From Pyrinomonadaceae bacterium (GTDB lineage: Bacteria > Acidobacteriota > Blastocatellia > Pyrinomonadales > Pyrinomonadaceae), in assembly GCA_046313635.1 (NCBI GenBank), contig JBKBYA010000001.1:256001-320000 (forward strand): DNA of 64,000 bases, written 5' to 3'. Position 1 is the stretch's first letter. Each line of letters opens with the position of its first letter. Positions 57,596 through 64,000 of the stretch are shown here, one piece after another. Under the pieces are notes generated by a model, which worked only from the letters and a program-made list of their open reading frames with translations, did not search any database and was not told the origin of the DNA. The position numbers and the translations under genes were made by a program.

Positions 57596-58552
57596 TTACA
57601 AAATCTCCAGCGTATTGCGTACGCCCGTCCGGCTGAAATAGTTCAGGGCGCGCGAGCAGTCGCGGGCGATCTGAGCCTTGAGCTCGTCGATGCCGCCGAA
57701 TCTGCGCTCGTCGCGGATGCGATGCAGGAATCTCACACGCAGAACGTCGCCGTAAAGGTCGCCGTCGAAATCGAAAATGTAAGTCTCGATCGACGGCTCG
57801 ACCTCGCCGGTCTCGAAGGTCGGCCGCACGCCTACATTCGTGATGCTCCGCCGCCATGTGCCGTCGACGAGCGTCGAGGTGGCGTAAACGCCGAACTTCG
57901 GAATGACGCGGTTGTGCGGCTGCAGATTCGCCGTCGGAAATCCGATCGTGTGCCCGCGCTGGTTGCCGCGCACGATCACGCCCTCGACGCCGTACGGACG
58001 CCCGAGCATCCGGCGGGCGAGATCGACGCGGCCCTCCAGCAGCAAGTGCCTGATCGCGGACGAGCTGATCCGCCGTCCGCGTAGCTGCACCTCGTCGACC
58101 TCGTCGGCAAAGAACCCGAGCTCGCGGCTCATCGCGCGCAGCAGGTCGATATTCCCGCCGCGATCGCGGCCGAACGCGAAGCCCTTGCCGAGATACACCT
58201 CGCGTGCGTGGAGCCGGTCGTGAACGATTTCGCGAAGAAAGTCGTCCGCAGGCTGCGACGCAAACTCGCGCGTGAAGTTGATCACGATCGCCTGCTCGAT
58301 GCCGAGCACTTCGAAATTAGCGAGCCGCTGGTCGAGCGTCTGCAGCAGAGGCGGCGCGGACTCGGGATGCAGAACGGCGCGCGGATGCGGGTCGAACGTG
58401 ATCGCCGTCGCGACAGCGCCGACCGCGCGGGCCCGCTCGACGACCGTTCGCATTATCCGCTGGTGACCGAGATGAAGCCCGTCAAAAACCCCAAGCGTCA
58501 AGACCGTCGGCCGCAAAATAGACGCATTCTCGGTGCCGTGAAAGATCTTCAT
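57596..58552 (-). CDS. ribF: bifunctional riboflavin kinase/FAD synthetase
   Basis: GVFDGLHLGH, ISSSAIR, GFPTAN, NVGVRPTF and ETYIFDF. Confidence 0.96.
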   Translation of the reverse strand: MKIFHGTENASILRPTVLTLGVFDGLHLGHQRIMRTVVERARAVGAVATAITFDPHPRAVLHPESAPPLLQTLDQRLANFEVLGIEQAIVINFTREFASQPADDFLREIVHDRLHAREVYLGKGFAFGRDRGGNIDLLRAMSRELGFFADEVDEVQLRGRRISSSAIRHLLLEGRVDLARRMLGRPYGVEGVIVRGNQRGHTIGFPTANLQPHNRVIPKFGVYATSTLVDGTWRRSITNVGVRPTFETGEVEPSIETYIFDFDGDLYGDVLRVRFLHRIRDERRFGGIDELKAQIARDCSRALNYFSRTGVRNTLEIL

Positions 58553-58612
58553 AGGTCAAAGAAAGATGGTATTTGAGGCATATTCTTTAGGCAAACGTGT
58601 TTGCCCCAAACG

Positions 58613-58637
58613 AAAAAGGCGGGAGAGGCCCGCCTTT
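58613..58637 (-). terminator. intrinsic terminator after nrdB
   Basis: Minus strand reads AAAGGCGGG-CCTCT-CCCGCCTTTTT. Confidence 0.75.
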
Positions 58638-58660
58638 GTTCAGCCGATCCTGGTTTGGCC

Positions 58661-59659
58661 TCAGAACGCTTCGCTGAAGCTGACCTCGCCCGCCACGGCG
58701 ACCTGGTAGGCGGCGACGCGGCGTTCGAAAAAGTTTGTGAGCTCCTGTACGTCCTGGAGGTCCATGAACGAGAACGGATTCTTCGCGCCGTACACCTTCG
58801 GCAGGCCGAGCATCATCATTCGCTGGTCGGCAATGAACTCGAGATACTGCCGCATGTCGGCCACCGAGAGTCCGGCGACGCCCTGCGAGAGGATGTCCTC
58901 GGCAAACTGCATCTCGCACTCGACCGCTTCGTCGAGCATCGTCGCGATCTGCCGCTCGAGTTCGGCGTCAAAAAGATCCGGTTCCTCTTTGCGCACCTGC
59001 TTGACGACTTCGTACGCGAAATTCATATGGCACGACTCGTCGCGAAAGACCCAGTTGGTCCCCGACGCGAGGCCGTGCAGCAGCCCCTTTGAACGCAAAA
59101 AGTAAACGTAGGCAAACGCCGCGAAAAAGAACAATCCCTCGATGCACGACGCGAAGCAGATCAGGTTGAGCACAAAGCGGCGGCGGTCCTCTTTGGTCTC
59201 GAGCCGGTCGAGGTCGTTGATCGAGTCGATCCACTTCTGGCAGAACTCGGCTTTTTTACGGATCGACGGGATGTTCTCGACCGCCGCAAACGCCTGCTCG
59301 CGCTCGGCGATGTCGGGAATGTAGGTATCGAGCAGCGTAAGGTAAAACTGCACGTGCAGCGCTTCCTCGTACAGCTGCCGCGAGAGATACATCCGCGCCT
59401 CGGGCGCGTTGATGTGCTTGTAGAGATTGAGCACGAGGTTATTCGCAACGATCGAATCGCCCGTCGCAAAGAACGCGACGAGTCGATTGATCAGATGCCG
59501 CTCCGCCGGCGCCATCTTGGTGCGCAGGTCGACGACGTCGGTCGAAAAGTCGACCTCCTCGACCGTCCACGTATTCTTGATCGCATTCCGATACATCTCG
59601 TAGAAATGCGGGTACTTCATCGGACGCAAAGTGAGATTAAAGCCTGGATTCAAAAGCAT
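58661..59659 (-). CDS. nrdB: class Ia ribonucleotide reductase beta subunit
   Basis: FFATGD, EEALHVQFY (radical Tyr), IEGLFF, RDESCH and NFFERR. Confidence 0.95.
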   Translation of the reverse strand: MLLNPGFNLTLRPMKYPHFYEMYRNAIKNTWTVEEVDFSTDVVDLRTKMAPAERHLINRLVAFFATGDSIVANNLVLNLYKHINAPEARMYLSRQLYEEALHVQFYLTLLDTYIPDIAEREQAFAAVENIPSIRKKAEFCQKWIDSINDLDRLETKEDRRRFVLNLICFASCIEGLFFFAAFAYVYFLRSKGLLHGLASGTNWVFRDESCHMNFAYEVVKQVRKEEPDLFDAELERQIATMLDEAVECEMQFAEDILSQGVAGLSVADMRQYLEFIADQRMMMLGLPKVYGAKNPFSFMDLQDVQELTNFFERRVAAYQVAVAGEVSFSEAF

Positions 59660-59692
59660 AATTCGTATCAGCGGCCCGCACGTCAGGGCCGA

Positions 59693-60011
59693 GTGTCAGT
59701 AGCCCGCACGTAAGTAAGGGCTCAACAAAAATTCAAAGACTCTTAATCAAACGTCGGCAGCTCACCGCCCTGACCGTTGACCACGTATTCAACCGCAGCA
59801 GCGATATGCTCCTCGGTCCGTAACAGCGAAACGTTATGAGAAATGCCAGAGGAGCCGATCTGTCCTGCCACTCGATGTGATCTCGTTTGGGCATGGCGTC
59901 TCTGGGAATTTCGGCTGCCTACTAGCTTTCGCGAGCTGCCGCGGGCTCTTATGCTCCGTGTGGGGCATCTTTGTAAAGTTGAGCCCTTACTGACGTGCGG
60001 GCTACTGGCAC
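59693..60011 (-). mobile_element. internally deleted REP-associated tyrosine (Y1/IS200-like) transposase remnant between inverted 34-bp REPs
   Basis: IRs at 59693-59726 and 59978-60011 (2 mismatches). Inside, ATG 59894 gives MPKRDHIEWQDRSAPLAFLITFRCYG, joined out of frame to TEEHIAAAVEYVVNGQGGELPTFD*. Confidence 0.7.
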
Positions 60012-62410
60012 GCCTCGCACGCTTCGGGATTCTCGAGCGAGCAGACGAGAGCCTCTTCTTCCGTGTAAGTCTTCTTTGGCTCACTCGCCGCTGCGGCGTC
60101 GCCGGCGGCGACCTGGGCGATCTTGGTCGCCGGTCGCGAACGCAGGTAGTAGGTCGTCTTGAGACCTTTTTGCCACGCGTACATGTACATCGACGAGAGC
60201 TTGCCGATGTTCGGGCTCTCCATAAAGAGGTTGAGCGACTGGCTCTGGTCGATGAACGCGCCGCGGTCGGCGGCCATGTCGATCAGTGAGCGCATCGGGA
60301 TCTCCCACGCCGTTCGGTAGATCTCTCGGAGGTCGGCGGGGATCTCCTCGATATTCTGGATCGAGCCTTCCGAGAGTTTGATCTTCTGACGGATCTCGTC
60401 GGTCCAGAGTCCGGCGGCCTTGAGCTCGCGGACGAGATATTTGTTGATCTGCACAAAGTCGCCCGAGAGCGTCTCGCGTTTGAAGAGATTGGACACCTGC
60501 GGCTCGATGCACTCGTAGCTGCCGGCGATCGCGGCGATCGTCGCGGTCGGCGCGATGGCGATCATCAAGCTGTTTCGCAGGCCGTGCTGTTTGATCTTTG
60601 CGCGAAGCGCGTCCCAGCGTGCGGTGTCCTCGGGCACGACGCCCCAGAGGTCAAACTGCAGCACGCCCTCGGCGGCACGCGTCTCGGGGAATGCGGGATG
60701 CGCGCCCTTCGCCATCGCGAGGTCGCACGACGCGTCGAGCGCCGCGTAGTAGATCTCCTCCTGAATTTTGGCCGAGATCTTTCGCGCTTCCGGCGAATCA
60801 AACGCAAGCCGCAGCTGAAAGAAGACGTCCTGCAGGCCCATCACGCCGAGACCGATATTGCGCCAGCGGCTGTTGGACCTTGCCGTGCTCTCGATCGCGT
60901 AGTAGTTGAGATCGATCACGCGGTCGAGCTGTCGGACGGCGAGACGCACATTCGAATGAAGCTTTGCGTAATCGACGGCGCCGTCCTTTACATATCTCGC
61001 GACGTTGATCGAGCCGAGGTTGCACACGGCGGTCTCGTCGTTGGAGGTGACCTCAATGATCTCGGTGCAGAGATTAGAGAGGTGAACGACATTCTCGGGC
61101 CGCGCGGTCTGGTTCGATTTTTTGTTGCTCGCGTCCTTGAAGGTCATCCAGCCGTTGCCGGTCTGCGCGAGCGTCCGCATCATACGGGCGTAGAGGTCGC
61201 GTGCCTTGACCTGCTTTTTGTAGAGGCCTTGCTCTTCCGCCTCGACGTAGGCCTTTTCAAATTCGTCGCCGTAGAGGTCGACGAGGTGCGGTACGACCTT
61301 CGGGTCAAAGAGCGACCAGACGCCGTCGTCCTGAACGCGGCGCATAAAGAGGTCCGAGATCCAGTTGGCGATGTTCAGATTGTGCGTGCGGCGAGCCTCG
61401 TCGCCGGTGTTTTCGCGGAGCTCGAGAAAGTCCTCGATGTCGGCGTGCCACGTCTCGAGATACACGCAGCAGGCGCCTTTGCGCTTGCCGCCCTGATTAA
61501 CGGCGGCGACCGACGAGTCGAGCGTCTTGAGCCACGGCACGATGCCGTTCGAATGGCCGTTCGTGCCCCGTATAAGCGATCCCTGCGAGCGTATGCGGTG
61601 ATACGCGATGCCGATGCCGCCCGAAAATTTCGAGAGCATCGCGACGTCAGAATACTTTTTGTAAATGCTCTCGAGATTGTCCTCGGGCGAGTCGAGCAAA
61701 AAGCACGACGAAAGCTGCTCGTGCGACGTGCCCGAATTAAAGAGCGTCGGCGTCGACGGAACGTATTCGAGCGACGAAAACAGGCGATAAAGCTCGATCG
61801 CCTCCGCCGGCGTCTCGGAAAGGCCGCAAGCTACGCGCATCCAGAAGAACTGCGGGCTCTCGATGACGTCGCGCGTCACCGGATTCTTCAAGAGGTAACG
61901 ATCGTAGAGCGTTCTGAGGCCGAAAAACTCGAACAGATCATTGCGGGTCTGGTCTATCGCGTCATTCAGCTTGCGGCTGTTTTCCGAGACAAAGCGGGAG
62001 ACGCGTTCGTTGATCAAGCCTTCTTTGTATCCGAAGGCGATCGATTGTGAGAAGGAGTGGATCTCCTGATTGCGGACCTCTTTTTCGATGTACTGATTGA
62101 GCAGCCGCGCGGCGAGACGCGAATATTCGGGCTCCTCAAAGATGAGGCTCGCGGCCGTCTGGATCGAGAGCTTGTCGAGTTCCTTGGTCGTCGCTCCGTC
62201 GTAGAGTCCGCTGATGGTCTTGGTGGCGATCCGCATCACGTCGACATTCGGCAGATTGGGCGTGCACCGCGAGATCGCGCGAACGATCTTGTTTATGTCG
62301 ACCGGCTCGAATGAACCGTTGCGCTTGCGGACGCGCATCGTGGTCTGAGCGGTTTCTTCCTGGCGGGCTGTTCCGGCTGCGGTGCTCGGCGAGGCGGCAA
62401 AGGTATCCAT
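60002..62410 (-). CDS. nrdA: class Ia ribonucleotide reductase alpha subunit with ATP cone
   Basis: VRKRNG ATP cone, TPTLFNSG, SSCF, SNLCTEI, CNLGS, APTAT, KTTYY, C-terminal CEAC; RBS AGAGGAG before ATG 62410. Confidence 0.96.
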   Translation of the reverse strand: MDTFAASPSTAAGTARQEETAQTTMRVRKRNGSFEPVDINKIVRAISRCTPNLPNVDVMRIATKTISGLYDGATTKELDKLSIQTAASLIFEEPEYSRLAARLLNQYIEKEVRNQEIHSFSQSIAFGYKEGLINERVSRFVSENSRKLNDAIDQTRNDLFEFFGLRTLYDRYLLKNPVTRDVIESPQFFWMRVACGLSETPAEAIELYRLFSSLEYVPSTPTLFNSGTSHEQLSSCFLLDSPEDNLESIYKKYSDVAMLSKFSGGIGIAYHRIRSQGSLIRGTNGHSNGIVPWLKTLDSSVAAVNQGGKRKGACCVYLETWHADIEDFLELRENTGDEARRTHNLNIANWISDLFMRRVQDDGVWSLFDPKVVPHLVDLYGDEFEKAYVEAEEQGLYKKQVKARDLYARMMRTLAQTGNGWMTFKDASNKKSNQTARPENVVHLSNLCTEIIEVTSNDETAVCNLGSINVARYVKDGAVDYAKLHSNVRLAVRQLDRVIDLNYYAIESTARSNSRWRNIGLGVMGLQDVFFQLRLAFDSPEARKISAKIQEEIYYAALDASCDLAMAKGAHPAFPETRAAEGVLQFDLWGVVPEDTARWDALRAKIKQHGLRNSLMIAIAPTATIAAIAGSYECIEPQVSNLFKRETLSGDFVQINKYLVRELKAAGLWTDEIRQKIKLSEGSIQNIEEIPADLREIYRTAWEIPMRSLIDMAADRGAFIDQSQSLNLFMESPNIGKLSSMYMYAWQKGLKTTYYLRSRPATKIAQVAAGDAAAASEPKKTYTEEEALVCSLENPEACEACQ

Positions 62411-62544
62411 CAATTCAAATCTCCTCTTCTCGGCAAGTCTTGTTACAGACAAAATTTACTGAGGGACCTGCGCGTGCCGGACAAAAAATGAGGCCAAAAC
62501 GCCCCTTTCCCGACACCCAAAACCCATCAGGCCAAACCCCTTGC

Positions 62545-62672
62545 TAGTTATCGTATGGTGAAAGGGCCTTACTTAAAGGCAGCGCCTAGTAGCTGTCGAT
62601 CAAAGGACCTGGCTGACGTCCCGAGCGCATTTGACAGTCTTCGTTCCCCATTACCGCTTACGGGGCAGGTGC
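62545..62672 (-). ncRNA. degenerate cobalamin riboswitch-like leader
   Basis: Minus strand CTGCCCCGTAAGCGGTAATGGGGAACGAAGACTGTC...GACAGCTACTAGG resembles the aptamer core. The B12-box GGGAAG and the 3' GACCTGCC are not intact. Confidence 0.5.
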
Positions 62673-62738
62673 GACCCAAAAGAGCCGCGGAATTATCAAG
62701 AACCGATCAAGATCGTAAAGAGCGTCCCCTCAGTGGAT

Positions 62739-62786
62739 ATAGAATATATTGTAGCGTCCGACCTTTGTCAACACTAAATATGGTAG
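62739..62786 (-). promoter_or_regulatory. nrdAB sigma70 promoter overlapped by two NrdR boxes
   Basis: Minus strand TTGACA (62771-62766), 17 nt, TATATT. NrdR-like boxes ACACTAAATATGGTAG (62771-62786) and ATAGAATATATTGTAG (62739-62754), offset by 32 nt. Confidence 0.82.
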
Positions 62787-62924
62787 TTTCCCGAATATTT
62801 ATGAAAGTTAATTAAATCAACAATTACGACGACCGGGCTAGATTTTTGTTGAATGCCGGCGTACGTACCGGCCACTTTTGCTACCTGTGGAAAACCGCTT
62901 TATTTTGGGCCCGCCCGGCGGCAG

Positions 62925-63692
62925 TCAGACACCCTCGACAACGAGCCCGTCGCATGCGAACTCGACATTGTCCGGCAGCAGTCTGGAGTCTCGCGAGTAC
63001 ATTATGTCGTGATTGAGGTGCGTGAGGTAGGCCCGTTTTGGCTTGATGCGTTCGATGTACTCGAGCGCCCCGTCAAGGCCGAGATGCGTCGCGTGCGGCT
63101 TTATCCTGACGCAGTCGAGGACAAGGACGTCGAGGTCCCGCAGACCGTCGATAGTTTCGTCAGAAATGAAGTTCAGGTCGGTCGCGTATGCAAAGTCGTT
63201 AAAGCGGTAGGCGACGACCGGGAGCTTGCCGTGAATGACCTCGAGCGGCGTGATCGTAAGCTCGGGGCCGATCGAGAAAGGCGCGTTGTGATAGACGGTG
63301 TGCGGGATGAGCTGGGGCAGACCGCCGCCGAAATGCACCGGCTTGAAAATGTATTGGAAGATCCGTCGCAGGTCTATCCACGCGATCTCGTTGGCAAAGA
63401 CCGGCATCGCGCCGTAGCGGAAGTTCAGCGGCCTGATATCGTCGAGCCCAAAGACGTGATCGACATGGCAGTGGGTGATCAGCACGGCGTCGAGATAGCG
63501 GATATTCGCACGCAGCGCCTGCTGGCGAAAGTCGGATGATGTGTCGACGAGTATCGTCTTGCCGGCGTGCTCGACGAGTATCGAGACCCGCAGCCGCTTG
63601 TCGCGCGGGTCGTCTGAGAGGCAGGTCTCACAATCGCAAGCGATCGACGGCACGCCGGTGGATGTTCCTGTTCCGAGAAAAGTAAGCTTCAT
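62925..63692 (-). CDS. MBL-fold metallo-hydrolase (PhnP-like)
   Basis: LGTGTSTGVP, THCHVDHVFGLDD, AYATD and LTHLNH. Confidence 0.93.
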   Translation of the reverse strand: MKLTFLGTGTSTGVPSIACDCETCLSDDPRDKRLRVSILVEHAGKTILVDTSSDFRQQALRANIRYLDAVLITHCHVDHVFGLDDIRPLNFRYGAMPVFANEIAWIDLRRIFQYIFKPVHFGGGLPQLIPHTVYHNAPFSIGPELTITPLEVIHGKLPVVAYRFNDFAYATDLNFISDETIDGLRDLDVLVLDCVRIKPHATHLGLDGALEYIERIKPKRAYLTHLNHDIMYSRDSRLLPDNVEFACDGLVVEGV

Positions 63693-63699
63693 TCAGTCG

Positions 63700-63829
63700 G
63701 GAACGCGGACGCCCTCGTCCGCAATGAGGGCGAAGCCCGAAGAGAACCGTCAAAGAATAAGCTTGCCGACACCTCCGCGCCCGTTCGCGTCGAAGCGACG
63801 CTCATTGCGGACGAGGGCGTCCACGTTCC
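63700..63829. repeat. inverted pair of 29-bp REP-like repeats (REPIN-like)
   Basis: GGAACGCGGACGCCCTCGTCCGCAATGAG (63700-63728) and its reverse complement with 1 mismatch (63801-63829). Confidence 0.85.
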
Positions 63830-63834
63830 GCCGT

Positions 63835-63999
63835 TCACTTCTTGCCGAGTATGTCGCCGGCCGAGAATTTCTTCGCCGCCTGTTGTTTGAGCTTTTCTTC
63901 GGTCGCGCGCACCATCGTCACGTACTGCATCCGCAGGTCGGCGAGCAGGCCTTCGAGCAGCCGAGACTCTTTTTCGTGAAGATTGCCCTTGGTCTTTTC
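63835..63999 (-). CDS. DUF1844-like protein, C-terminal part (runs off the window)
   Basis: Hand translation EKTKGNLHEKESRLLEGLLADLRMQYV...GKK*; the KTKGNL motif is recalled for DUF1844. Confidence 0.75.
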   Translation of the reverse strand, partial: EKTKGNLHEKESRLLEGLLADLRMQYVTMVRATEEKLKQQAAKKFSAGDILGKK

Positions 64000-64000
64000 G

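Noticed and set aside
59743..60084. 113-aa ORF or intron/homing endonuclease between nrdA and nrdB
   Set aside because: The ORF overlaps nrdA and crosses a REP, and has no LAGLIDADG, HNH or GIY-YIG motif; a transposase remnant explains it better.

Overview
GC-rich bacterial chromosome segment. The gene content (Acidobacterial-type VWA protein, C-terminal FG-GAP module, kinase/TolB-propeller fusion) suggests an Acidobacteriota genome, probably Blastocatellia/Pyrinomonadaceae-like; this is inference. Most of the window is housekeeping and envelope genes: an RND/TolC efflux operon, metK, cobB, trxC, a TonB receptor, tRNA-Ala(GGC), trxB, thyA, asnB, pip, tatA, ribF and nrdAB. Two visibly AT-richer accessory patches stand out. 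The first (~5.7-9.1 kb) holds a broken Abi/HEPN gene, a two-domain retropepsin-like protease and a SAM-I/IV riboswitch-controlled metK. The second (~19.6-24.2 kb) is a tightly coupled nurA-herA-DNA amino-methyltransferase operon with no restriction endonuclease, and is the best candidate for an undescribed methylation-guided defence system. About 15 loci carry 7-9 nt tandem repeats, often as inverted arm pairs at gene ends, and one lies in frame inside a CDS. An internally deleted REP-associated transposase flanked by 34-bp inverted REPs sits between nrdA and nrdB. The nrdAB leader has NrdR boxes and an apparently decayed cobalamin riboswitch. All calls come from reading motifs by eye; no searches or GC calculations were run.
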